Shown here: positions 35,622 to 44,930 of the stretch, piece after piece
How the letters are laid out: each line of letters starts with the position of its first letter
How positions within the stretch are numbered: the stretch's first letter is position 1
From: a virus
Virus record (IMG/VR): IMGVR_UViG_3300033145_000668
Span: 1-64,000 of that record
Reading direction: 5' to 3' (one strand)
Length of the DNA stretch: 64,000 bases
Position numbers and translations under genes: made by a program
The notes under the pieces: generated by a model
Told to the model about the DNA's origin: nothing
Seen by the model: the letters and a program-made list of their open reading frames with translations, nothing else
Databases searched by the model: none

Positions 35622-36125
35622 ATGGCAACTCAAACAAAAAAATGGTATAAAGAACAATTAAAACTTATAGATAAATATTTACCAAAATTAAAAAAATTAT
35701 TAAACACAGAAAATATTATATTAAATCCAGTTACTATAATAATTAATAAGAGAAAACATATGAGAAGTTTATGTGGTAGATGGGATGGTGAAAAAATAAT
35801 TTTATATAAATACCATTATTCTGGTTTAACAAAAGAAACTTTATTACATGAATTATTACATTGTTTTATATCACAAAATAAACTATGGAAATATGATAAA
35901 AAATCTAAATTATTTAATAAATTAGTATTAAACTTAAATACTAAAAAATTGAGAATTGGTAGTTGTCATGGTGCTTATTTATGGAAATATAAATGTAATT
36001 GTGGAGCTTGGTTAAAGACAAATGATAAACGTATAAATGGATGGAGATGTAGTCAATGTGGAGAACATATTAAAAAACCAATAATTAATATGACAAAGAA
36101 AATAGATTTTTTAATTAATCTTTAA
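35622..36125 (+). CDS. SprT-like zinc metalloprotease
   Basis: TLLHELLH plus YKCNCG...CSQCG. Confidence 0.72.
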   Translation: MATQTKKWYKEQLKLIDKYLPKLKKLLNTENIILNPVTIIINKRKHMRSLCGRWDGEKIILYKYHYSGLTKETLLHELLHCFISQNKLWKYDKKSKLFNKLVLNLNTKKLRIGSCHGAYLWKYKCNCGAWLKTNDKRINGWRCSQCGEHIKKPIINMTKKIDFLINL

Positions 36126-37253
36126 TTCTAATAAACATTCTTTTGCTTTAATTGCTGAATTGTTCCAAGTCCATCTTTTAGAATCTTCTATAGCTATTTT
36201 ACTTTTTTCAATAACTTCATTTTTATTATCATAAATATATCTCATTTGTTTTCTAATTTCTTTTATAGATGGATATTTCCACGATATATCTTCATACATT
36301 ATATCCCACTTAACTTCTTTCATTTCTCCCTCCTTTAATAACCAACCATTTTCTTCGGTTACGAAATCAGATTGCCCACCATACTCCGTTGCCAAGACCG
36401 GTTTACCACAAGCCATTGCCTCCAACGGCGGAAGATTAAACGACTCTGCTAACGATGTAGTAACAAATACATCGCTTTTATTGTATAATGTGCTTAATTG
36501 GCTTAGAGTAATATTATCTGTAACAATGTTCAGTTTAGGTTTATTTGTATTTTGAATATCTAAATCTTTTATATTTTTATCCAAGTCAACGCCATAACAA
36601 GCATTAATTTTTACTAACATCTCTGCATTATCTTCTTTAGTAAACTCTTCCATAAATGCTTTTATTCCATAACTTATTCCGCCTCTATCCTTCCACGAAC
36701 TCGGCCAACCTTTGTTCATCATAAAAGTAAACTTATCACTAGCTTCTTTAGGTTGTTCTTCAAAAATAGATAAATCAACTCCATGAGGAACTATTTTAAT
36801 TTTATCTGCTATGTCAGGATGAAAACAAAAACTTTCTCCCTTATGTTCTACTCCCTTTATTGTTTGATTTAAAGTATTTAAAATAGCATTTTTTGTATGC
36901 ATAGATGGAACCCAAATTTGAGTTACTCTTTCATCTTCTAAAATATTTAACCAACCTTTCGGTATTCGGTCGCCTTCGTGCACTACCATTCCTATGAATT
37001 TTTTGTCTTCGCATAGATAATATTCCCAACTCGGCGGAGTGCTTATTAATAAATTCACGTCAGCATCTAATCTGTTTCTTTGTATCATTTTTAATTCTTC
37101 GTCATTAACTCGTCTTAACCAATCTTCGGGTAGGTTAGTTGTAATACTAACGTCTATATTATCTAATTTATTCAGATGATTAGAAAATTGTCTAGCGTTA
37201 TTTGAATATCCGTCGGTTCCAAAAAAAGACGAAATTATATTAACGTTTAACAT
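36111..37253 (-). CDS. Glycosyltransferase family 4 (GT-B)
   Basis: VPHGVD, ESFNLPPLEAMACG (EX7E). Confidence 0.9.
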   Translation of the reverse strand: MLNVNIISSFFGTDGYSNNARQFSNHLNKLDNIDVSITTNLPEDWLRRVNDEELKMIQRNRLDADVNLLISTPPSWEYYLCEDKKFIGMVVHEGDRIPKGWLNILEDERVTQIWVPSMHTKNAILNTLNQTIKGVEHKGESFCFHPDIADKIKIVPHGVDLSIFEEQPKEASDKFTFMMNKGWPSSWKDRGGISYGIKAFMEEFTKEDNAEMLVKINACYGVDLDKNIKDLDIQNTNKPKLNIVTDNITLSQLSTLYNKSDVFVTTSLAESFNLPPLEAMACGKPVLATEYGGQSDFVTEENGWLLKEGEMKEVKWDIMYEDISWKYPSIKEIRKQMRYIYDNKNEVIEKSKIAIEDSKRWTWNNSAIKAKECLLELKIN

Positions 37254-37857
37254 TTGAGTTCCCAAACAATTTATTATCTGCACCGTGAAATAAATTCATA
37301 AATACTTGCAATTGCCAAATCCAATATTCTTTTCTTTTTTCCGCGTGTAACGTTCGATGACAACACCTACATAATGAAATTAAATTATTATCGACGCAAT
37401 TTAATTTATTATAATCTATATGATGAACAGATAGTGTTTCTTTTAATTTTTTATTTTTATTATTACATACTTGACAAATAAGTTTATCTCTTCTTCTAAT
37501 CTTTTGTCTTAATTCCTCAGTCCACTTTTCGGAATATCTTAATAATCCTCTATCTGCTATCCATAGATGATGTTCTTTACCTCTTTTCATTACTTGTAAT
37601 TTTCGTTTTTCTCTTATAAGTTTTTTTGTTTTTTCGGTGTGAGGATGTCCTTTATGCGGAGGATTTATTTTGTTTAATCTACTTCTATTAGGATTCGGTC
37701 TTCCTCTTAACTTTTCAGCTTGTCTTTTAACACCTTCATTATTTTCTTTTGTAAACCCTTTTTTACTCGGATAATCGTATTTTGTCCAAATATAAGATTT
37801 TGGATTTTTTGTTCCACCCTTTACAAATCTTCCCTTTTTATCTCTTTCTATTGTCAT
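37240..37857 (-). CDS. HNH homing endonuclease with NUMOD3-like motif
   Basis: RDKKGRF, HTEKTK, RD..ICQVC, VHHIDYNK..NLISLC..CH. Confidence 0.88.
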   Translation of the reverse strand: MTIERDKKGRFVKGGTKNPKSYIWTKYDYPSKKGFTKENNEGVKRQAEKLRGRPNPNRSRLNKINPPHKGHPHTEKTKKLIREKRKLQVMKRGKEHHLWIADRGLLRYSEKWTEELRQKIRRRDKLICQVCNNKNKKLKETLSVHHIDYNKLNCVDNNLISLCRCCHRTLHAEKRKEYWIWQLQVFMNLFHGADNKLFGNSNVKR

Positions 37858-38624
37858 TTTATATCCGGTTTACCTCCTTTCTCGCTAAACCTCGACGAAC
37901 TACTTGCTCCGCATTCCATACATCTATACCTTTGAAATTTAGAAATTCTTGTCATATAAAAACCATTCTTCTGTAATTTATTTTCTCCACAATTTGGACA
38001 AGCAAACTGTTTGTTTAAATATAATCCGTAATTAGGATGGTTTTTAATATAAGGTAAGAATCTCATATATAATTTCTCAGTTAATCTTACATCGCCTTTA
38101 TTATATTTCATCATTAAGTTCCAAGCTTTTTTATCACCGCTCATACATTGTTTCCATAGTTTAAAACCAGTATGTGGTATCTTTTCTCCTAATTTTAAAT
38201 GTTGTCCTAATGCATTTAATCCATTTTCATTAAACTTAAAATATTGTTTAGCAATTCTATATGTGTCGATATTTTTTACATCCGAAAAAGGTTTAAAACT
38301 ATGATATAAGAATCTTGCATTTAATTTTCTAATATCAAAAGAAATACTATTATGTCCAATAACTATATCTGCCGAATCCAATAATTCCCACAACTTATTA
38401 CATAACTCTAAATCATTAGTTTTATCTTTTTTATACAAACTAAAATCATTTAATTTGAATCCGTGAACTTTCTTTTCTCCTAACCATTTATATGCGAATG
38501 ATAACATATACCATTCTTCTTTAAACTCTATTACATTCTGGTCGTACTTTCCCCATGTGTAAGATAAGTTTGGAGACGTTTCTATATCAAATATTAGTAT
38601 CTTAGGTTTATTGTTTTCTTTCAT
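37854..38624 (-). CDS. DnaQ/RNase_H_2-like 3'-5' exonuclease with zinc ribbon
   Basis: FDIET, GHN..SFD, YNKGDV; CPNCG...CMECG. Confidence 0.85.
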   Translation of the reverse strand: MKENNKPKILIFDIETSPNLSYTWGKYDQNVIEFKEEWYMLSFAYKWLGEKKVHGFKLNDFSLYKKDKTNDLELCNKLWELLDSADIVIGHNSISFDIRKLNARFLYHSFKPFSDVKNIDTYRIAKQYFKFNENGLNALGQHLKLGEKIPHTGFKLWKQCMSGDKKAWNLMMKYNKGDVRLTEKLYMRFLPYIKNHPNYGLYLNKQFACPNCGENKLQKNGFYMTRISKFQRYRCMECGASSSSRFSEKGGKPDIK

Positions 38625-38796
38625 TTTTCATTTGTAGCGTCATTTTAATATTTCTGATATCTTCTTCCATTTGTTTCATTCTTCTAACTAATTGTAAAAT
38701 TGAAAATTCACCGTTCACCGTATAACTTTTTAAATATTTTAATACTTCGCTTCGTTGCGATGAATTCAGTTGTATTCTATTTTGAAATGTGTTCAT
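38608..38796 (-). CDS. hypothetical protein
   Basis: 62 aa, overlaps both neighbours. Confidence 0.55.
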   Translation of the reverse strand: MNTFQNRIQLNSSQRSEVLKYLKSYTVNGEFSILQLVRRMKQMEEDIRNIKMTLQMKNERKQ

Positions 38797-39701
38797 TATA
38801 TAACACCTCTCATCAAATTAGTAGATTTAATATATTCGTCTGCATCTAACTTTCTTGGAATGGTGTCATTGCTCTCATAATATGTTTTTAAGAAATCACC
38901 GTGGCTTTCATGCATTCTTTTAACCGTGTCTTTAAATACTTGCATATTAAAACCAGCTTTATCTACAGTATCTCTTTCTCCTCCAGAAGGAGTCATCAGG
39001 TGGTAATTAACTGCCCCAGTATTTACCCCTAATTTAAATCCTTTTATAATAGCTTTAAAACTAAATATAGCTTCTTCTAAAAATCCGTGTTTACTTAATC
39101 TACTTTTATAATCAACGCCCGCTTTATGTAATTCTCTACGATACAAACACGAGCTTCTAAAATGAGGAGTTAATAATATTTTTTCTTCAGTATAATGTTG
39201 TCCGCAATCATCACCCATATAAATAAGTTCTCCTTTTTCATTTAATTCACAGTATCCAATTACAGGCTCAACAAACTTCACGTCTCTAACAACATTAGGT
39301 CCAGCAAACGCAGGAACGACTCCAGACATTAAATCATAACCTTGTTCTATCCCATATAATAACTTCTCAATATAATCTGGTTCAACCGCAGAATCATCAT
39401 CAATTCTACAAATCAATTCTTCTTTACCATTCTCCATAGTATAATCAACAAGTTGCTGTCTCGCTCCACTAACTCCAGCACTAATTTGATTTGTCAACAT
39501 AGTTACATTATGTCCTTCTAATTTTAATCTATTAACAAGATAATTTACAAAATAAAAATTTGTAAGTGGAACTAATGATGCGTCATCTAAGATTAAAATA
39601 TTAAAATCTTGAAATGTTTGAGTTCTAAGACTTTGTAATAGTAAAGCTAATTCTGTTGCTCTGTTCTTTGATGCTATATGTATACTTATTTTTTTATTCA
39701 T
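38796..39701 (-). CDS. Glycosyltransferase family 2 (GT-A)
   Basis: ISIHI.SKNR, SL..QT, ILDDAS, IDDD. Confidence 0.88.
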   Translation of the reverse strand: MNKKISIHIASKNRATELALLLQSLRTQTFQDFNILILDDASLVPLTNFYFVNYLVNRLKLEGHNVTMLTNQISAGVSGARQQLVDYTMENGKEELICRIDDDSAVEPDYIEKLLYGIEQGYDLMSGVVPAFAGPNVVRDVKFVEPVIGYCELNEKGELIYMGDDCGQHYTEEKILLTPHFRSSCLYRRELHKAGVDYKSRLSKHGFLEEAIFSFKAIIKGFKLGVNTGAVNYHLMTPSGGERDTVDKAGFNMQVFKDTVKRMHESHGDFLKTYYESNDTIPRKLDADEYIKSTNLMRGVI

Positions 39702-40531
39702 TTTTTAATATCTACCTGACAGTCGAGACCATCAAGGAAGTGATTCATTTTTAACTTAATATCACAATAATTGCAATCTCCAAAATTAGAGCATTTTCTA
39801 TACTGAGGTTTAGGTAAATTATGTTTTAACATTCCCGTAGCAAATTCGTCTTTGTATAAGTCTCGATGACATTTATATATTAATCCGTCAGGAGCAATTA
39901 ATAATTCTTTAGATTTACAAACTACATTTTCTAATTTCCCACTTAAACCTTCTGGATATTTATAGGTTCCATATAATTGTCCATCTTGTTCTCCCATAAA
40001 TTCTTTAGGATAAAAAAACAATTTTTTTAATCTAGTAATTTCTTCCATTTGATTGTTTTGTGCTCCTAATTCAGGACTAGTTAATCCAAATATACCTATT
40101 CTATATCCAGCATTTTGTAATTTTTCTGCTTTAGCTGCTAATTCATTTGGTTCCATTTGTGACGGATGATAACTTACTCTAATTGATTTATATGCCGGAT
40201 TATCTTTATCGGTAAACCTTTCAGGAGTAGTATTTTTAATAAATTCATCGACATCAAATTGTAAATTAGTCAATAAATCTACTTTAATATCATCTTTCAA
40301 TCCATTTAATATTTTATAAAAATCCTTATGAATTGTCGGTTCTCCTCCTCCAAGAGTTAACGAAATATCTCTAAAATCAACTTTATTTAATTGTGCTATC
40401 CATTCATCACCCGACATTTCATTTCTTTTTCTTTTTACTGTTTTATTGTCATTAATACAATATGAACAATTAAGATTGCATCGAAGAGTGAGGTAAGCTT
40501 CTACATAATTTATAGTTTCATCTATTTTCAT
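39698..40531 (-). CDS. Radical SAM protein
   Basis: CNLNCSYC, GGEPT, C-terminal Cys cluster. Confidence 0.9.
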   Translation of the reverse strand: MKIDETINYVEAYLTLRCNLNCSYCINDNKTVKRKRNEMSGDEWIAQLNKVDFRDISLTLGGGEPTIHKDFYKILNGLKDDIKVDLLTNLQFDVDEFIKNTTPERFTDKDNPAYKSIRVSYHPSQMEPNELAAKAEKLQNAGYRIGIFGLTSPELGAQNNQMEEITRLKKLFFYPKEFMGEQDGQLYGTYKYPEGLSGKLENVVCKSKELLIAPDGLIYKCHRDLYKDEFATGMLKHNLPKPQYRKCSNFGDCNYCDIKLKMNHFLDGLDCQVDIKK

Positions 40532-41202
40532 GGGCGACGCTTCTCCATTTTAGGATAAATAAACATATCAATAATAGCATTATCTCCTCTCGTAGCAGTA
40601 AAATAAATTGCATCAACAACTTCTTTTACATCCATTTGTTCTGGATTAGGTTCATTAAAAGGTGTATTTGTTGCTCCTGGATAAATAGTACTAACAGAAA
40701 TATTAGTATCTTGTTTAATTAATTCATCTCTAACCGAATGAGACATCCCAACGAGCGCATGCTTACTAGCTGAATAAGGACTTAAAAATGCACACTCTCT
40801 AGTTCCAACAGTAGATGCAATATTTATTATTTTTCCATAACCTTGTTCTTTCATTATTGGTATTATATATTTCATCATATTAAACGCACCTTTAACATTT
40901 ACATCCATTACTTTATCAAATTCTTCTTCTGTAATATCTTCTAATTTTCCAGACGTTTTTGTTCCTGCATTATTAACGAGACATCCTATATTTTTAATAT
41001 TTTTATATATTGCTTTTTTAACTTCTTCTGAATTACTTACGTCACATTTAAAAAAATAATTTTTAGTAAATTCTTTACTCAATCGTTCTACTCCTTCATC
41101 TGTAGTAGACGTTCCATAAACTCTCCAATCTTCTCTAACAAACTTTTTAGTTAATTCATATCCAATTCCGCTACTTGCTCCTGTTATTAATATCGATTTC
41201 AT
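40528..41202 (-). CDS. SDR family NAD(P)-dependent oxidoreductase
   Basis: TGASSGIG, NNAG, YSASK. Confidence 0.93.
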   Translation of the reverse strand: MKSILITGASSGIGYELTKKFVREDWRVYGTSTTDEGVERLSKEFTKNYFFKCDVSNSEEVKKAIYKNIKNIGCLVNNAGTKTSGKLEDITEEEFDKVMDVNVKGAFNMMKYIIPIMKEQGYGKIINIASTVGTRECAFLSPYSASKHALVGMSHSVRDELIKQDTNISVSTIYPGATNTPFNEPNPEQMDVKEVVDAIYFTATRGDNAIIDMFIYPKMEKRRP

Positions 41203-42605
41203 CTTTTAGTTGGTTCTAATTTATTTGTTTTCTTTACTAATGCTTTTTGCTCGTCATCTGAATGTTGATAATCATAAACATTTTTAGCAAAGAAATCCGT
41301 TTTAACATGAAAGTATGCTTTGAAAAATGCTTCACTATATTCTGCATTTAATGCTTGCTCTACAATCATATCTTTTAACTCTGGATAATAACAAGCAACA
41401 GTTCCGAGCGTAGCAAGATTTTTTAATATTCTTTTTCTATCTTCACTAAAATTCATAACCGAGTGATGCCCAAAAGACATATGCATATCACTGAAGTCAC
41501 CATTGAAATAATTATTTTTTATACAGTAGTCACCCAATTCTGTTTTAGGATACGGTTGATAAATTGGGAAGTCACAATAACCAACTTTATTTTTTATAAT
41601 AAAATCAATACCAGCTAAATCATCTTCTAATGTAGAAGTTGGTAATCCTAACATAATATTTGGAACAACTGTTATTCCATTATCTTGACATAATTTAATT
41701 CCATCTTCCATTGTTTCATTAGACATATTTCTTTTTAGTATATCATTTCTTATTCTATCATTTGTAGATTCAATCGAACATTGTAGCGCTCTACAACCGG
41801 CATCTTTTAATAACCCAACATTTTCTTCATTTAACATATCGTATCTCATCATAGTAAAAAATGGAACTCCTACTTCTTTTGGAAACTTATCTGCAAATTC
41901 TTTTAACCATTTAGTATTTTTAGTAGTAAAAACATCATCATAAAATTTAATAGATTCTAAACCATATTTTTCTTTAATTTGTTTTACTTCTTCTATTACA
42001 TAATCAACCGAATGCTTTCTAATTCTTTTTTGTCCTTTATACATTTTTTTAGCACTACTATTAAAACAATATGTACATTGATACGGACAACCTCTTCCTA
42101 CCATAAAATGTTTAGAACCTGATTTGCCTGTTTCATTACATTCTTCATTATTAAAAAATAATTCTCTATCTGGAAAAGGTAAATCATCTAAATTTTCTAC
42201 TAATGGTCCTGGCTGTATAACTCTATCTACTGGTCTTTCGTAAATAAAATCTTTAAAAGTATTTTCAGCTTCTCCTCTAATTAAATAATCAAACTTCCCT
42301 TCTTCTAATACTTCTGGAAAGTATGTAGCGTGCGGTCCACCAATAACAGTTAATTGATTGGGAAATAGTTTTTTTAAACTTCTATTAAAATTAGTATAAA
42401 ATACATGTTCTCCAGTTCCTCCTCCGTAAGCAACTAAATCCGGTTTATTTTCTCTTATTTTTTGTAATACATTTCCTTTTTCTATTATACCTAATGAAGT
42501 AGTACATCCTTCTTGTTTAGCATTTGCTGATAGTTGCATTATTCCTAATGGAGGATAGTAATCAACTTCTTTCATTACAAACATTATTTTTTCTAATTTT
42601 TTCAT
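41199..42605 (-). CDS. B12-binding radical SAM enzyme (class B methyltransferase-like)
   Basis: PPLG, GGPHAT, RGEAE, RGCPYQCTYC, FYDDVF. Confidence 0.9.
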   Translation of the reverse strand: MKKLEKIMFVMKEVDYYPPLGIMQLSANAKQEGCTTSLGIIEKGNVLQKIRENKPDLVAYGGGTGEHVFYTNFNRSLKKLFPNQLTVIGGPHATYFPEVLEEGKFDYLIRGEAENTFKDFIYERPVDRVIQPGPLVENLDDLPFPDRELFFNNEECNETGKSGSKHFMVGRGCPYQCTYCFNSSAKKMYKGQKRIRKHSVDYVIEEVKQIKEKYGLESIKFYDDVFTTKNTKWLKEFADKFPKEVGVPFFTMMRYDMLNEENVGLLKDAGCRALQCSIESTNDRIRNDILKRNMSNETMEDGIKLCQDNGITVVPNIMLGLPTSTLEDDLAGIDFIIKNKVGYCDFPIYQPYPKTELGDYCIKNNYFNGDFSDMHMSFGHHSVMNFSEDRKRILKNLATLGTVACYYPELKDMIVEQALNAEYSEAFFKAYFHVKTDFFAKNVYDYQHSDDEQKALVKKTNKLEPTKR

Positions 42606-43072
42606 TTTAACTTCTTTAAACTCATAAAACACGGTTCATCAGTTTCAAATATTTTTTTAATACTACAATCTAAAGCTCGTTCATCAATAGGATAAAATTG
42701 CTCAATGTTATCAAATACTAACATTATCGATTCATCAATACACCTATGCGTAATTCCCTGGTCAGGATAATCACAATATCCTATAAGTTTAACATTAGTT
42801 TTCATTGCATCAATATCTACTTTTATCATTTCAAACGCGCGTTCAATTAAAAATGGAGTAATTGTATAGACTAATGGTTTTAATCCTTGTAGAGCCATTC
42901 CTGCAGCCATTGCAACCATCGTTTGTTCACATATACCGACATTAATAACTCTTTCTGGAAAATCTTTTTCACAATCTGTGAAGACGCCATAGCCGATGTC
43001 TCCGAGTAGTAAAACTATTCGCTCGTCTTTTTTCATTTGCTTGTATAGTTCTTTTCCGAATTTATAACGCAT
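42602..43072 (-). CDS. Transketolase, pyrimidine-binding domain only
   Basis: PER.INVGICEQ.MV..AAGMA, ERAFE, G.TH. Confidence 0.88.
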   Translation of the reverse strand: MRYKFGKELYKQMKKDERIVLLLGDIGYGVFTDCEKDFPERVINVGICEQTMVAMAAGMALQGLKPLVYTITPFLIERAFEMIKVDIDAMKTNVKLIGYCDYPDQGITHRCIDESIMLVFDNIEQFYPIDERALDCSIKKIFETDEPCFMSLKKLK

Positions 43073-43095
43073 TTTAAATTTAAAGGAAATCGCTA

Positions 43096-43227
43096 TTAGC
43101 GACTTCCTTTTAATCCACCTGTCTTTTTTCCGACTCCCTTTCCATCAGCTCTTCCCTTACCTTCTCCTCGTCCGTCTCTTGGTCCTTTAGCTCCACTTCT
43201 CGGTCCTGTTTTATCTCTTTTTGGCAT
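43096..43227 (-). CDS. 43-aa Gly/Arg/Lys-rich micro-protein (DUF5320-like start)
   Basis: MPKRDKTGPRSGAKGPRDGRGEGKGRADGKGVGKKTGGLKGSR; AGGAGG upstream. Confidence 0.6.
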   Translation of the reverse strand: MPKRDKTGPRSGAKGPRDGRGEGKGRADGKGVGKKTGGLKGSR

Positions 43228-43228
43228 T

Positions 43229-43837
43229 TTATTTTTCCTCCTTTATATTTTTAAAATCATTTATTATCTCCTCATATTTTTCATCTGTAATTTCCATAAC
43301 GTGCGGATATTCTTTTTTTCTACCGTAAAAATCTATGTCTGTAGTTTCCATTAAATTTTCAATCATTTTTACATTAACATCTCTCATTGCTTGTTTACCA
43401 TTATAATCAACGTGAATATGTAAATTAGTTAATTCTAATTCATTTGCTAATATTAAACTTTCCCAGGTAGTTCCTTCAGCGCATTCTCCATCTCCTAATA
43501 AAACATGAATAGTTCCTTCTTCTCCTTTTATAAATTTAGCAACGGCCATTCCAACAGCAAGTGGTAATCCATGTCCTAAGCTACCGGTTGTACAACTTAC
43601 TCCATTTTCAATATCAATATCTGGATGTTGTTGTTTAAAATCTGGATTATAACCATAATATTCTAATACAGTAAATAATGCTTTACACGCGTGACCTTTT
43701 GATAAAATAAAAACGTCATTATCAAAATCAAACTCTTCATAAATTTGTTCTATGATAGGAAGTGCGGATAGACAACTAGCAAAGTGATGGTCACCATATT
43801 CTTTACATACATCTAATAATCTTTGTTTTAGTTCCAT
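43229..43837 (-). CDS. Transketolase, N-terminal TPP-binding domain
   Basis: FILSKGH, TGSLGHGL, GDGECAEG..WE, D.N. Confidence 0.9.
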   Translation of the reverse strand: MELKQRLLDVCKEYGDHHFASCLSALPIIEQIYEEFDFDNDVFILSKGHACKALFTVLEYYGYNPDFKQQHPDIDIENGVSCTTGSLGHGLPLAVGMAVAKFIKGEEGTIHVLLGDGECAEGTTWESLILANELELTNLHIHVDYNGKQAMRDVNVKMIENLMETTDIDFYGRKKEYPHVMEITDEKYEEIINDFKNIKEEK

Positions 43838-43838
43838 T

Positions 43839-44930
43839 TTAAATAAAATTAATCCCCCTTGGTGGATTTACGTAATTATAAATAAATTCGTTAATTTTAT
43901 CTTGTCTGCACGCTCCCTTACAATCATTATGAACATCAAAATTCTTCATTGTTTTAATTACTTCCCAATACTTCTCGCTTTCAATTATTTCTTTAATATT
44001 ATTATCATGTATATTACCCATTAAAAATTCCTTTTTTCCGAATAGATGCCCACAAGGAAAAACATCTCCATTACCTGATATTTGTACTAGTAAAGGAATT
44101 CCCAAACATCCATCATAAGGTCTTTTTCCTTCTTGTTCCATTAAAACTCTTTTAGCAATTATTTTAGTATTATCAGTTGACGTCGCTTCACAAATATCTA
44201 ATACTTCTTTTACTCTCGGTGAGTTATAATCTTTTATATCAAACTTTATATCATTAACACTTTCATTTCCTTCTGGTAAACTACATTGTTTAATTAAAAA
44301 ATAATCTACTCCTAACTCTACTGCCAGTTTAGCTTCTACAATCATTTCTTCATCCATCATTCCTGGAACATAAACAGACTGTAAACCAATTTCACATTTA
44401 TATCCTTTTTCTTTTTTTAGTTCAATCATTCTTCTAATATTTTTTAATAGTATATCGAATCCATCTACTCTATGTATTTTTAAATATCCTTCTTTAGTTC
44501 CTGCGCTTAAATTAAATCTCATCCAAGTACAATTTCTTAAAATATTTTCTATTTTTTTATCATCCGTTAATAATAAACCATTAGTAGAAATAGCAATATC
44601 CAATCCATTTTTCTTTCCAACATCCATTGCTTCGTAAATATGAGGATTACAAGTCGGTTCTCCATCTCCAATCAATCCAATTCCTTTAATTCCAATTTTA
44701 GGAGCAGTTTCAAATAAACTAATTAATGCATCTTTTTTGATATGTTCTCCTGACATGTTTTGATAAGCTCCATAACAATAAACACAATTAATATTACAAG
44801 TTTTAGTTGCACCCATATCAATATATAGAGGAGCTATTCTTTTACCATCTCTAAAATGTTCATGAACTCTATCCATATGCCAAAGCAATTTAGTTCCATT
44901 CATTCTGTGTGTTTTGTCTACTTTATTCAT
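43839..44930 (-). CDS. Radical SAM / SPASM-twitch protein
   Basis: CNINCVYC, GEPT, GDVFPC...GNI. Confidence 0.9.
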   Translation of the reverse strand: MNKVDKTHRMNGTKLLWHMDRVHEHFRDGKRIAPLYIDMGATKTCNINCVYCYGAYQNMSGEHIKKDALISLFETAPKIGIKGIGLIGDGEPTCNPHIYEAMDVGKKNGLDIAISTNGLLLTDDKKIENILRNCTWMRFNLSAGTKEGYLKIHRVDGFDILLKNIRRMIELKKEKGYKCEIGLQSVYVPGMMDEEMIVEAKLAVELGVDYFLIKQCSLPEGNESVNDIKFDIKDYNSPRVKEVLDICEATSTDNTKIIAKRVLMEQEGKRPYDGCLGIPLLVQISGNGDVFPCGHLFGKKEFLMGNIHDNNIKEIIESEKYWEVIKTMKNFDVHNDCKGACRQDKINEFIYNYVNPPRGINFI

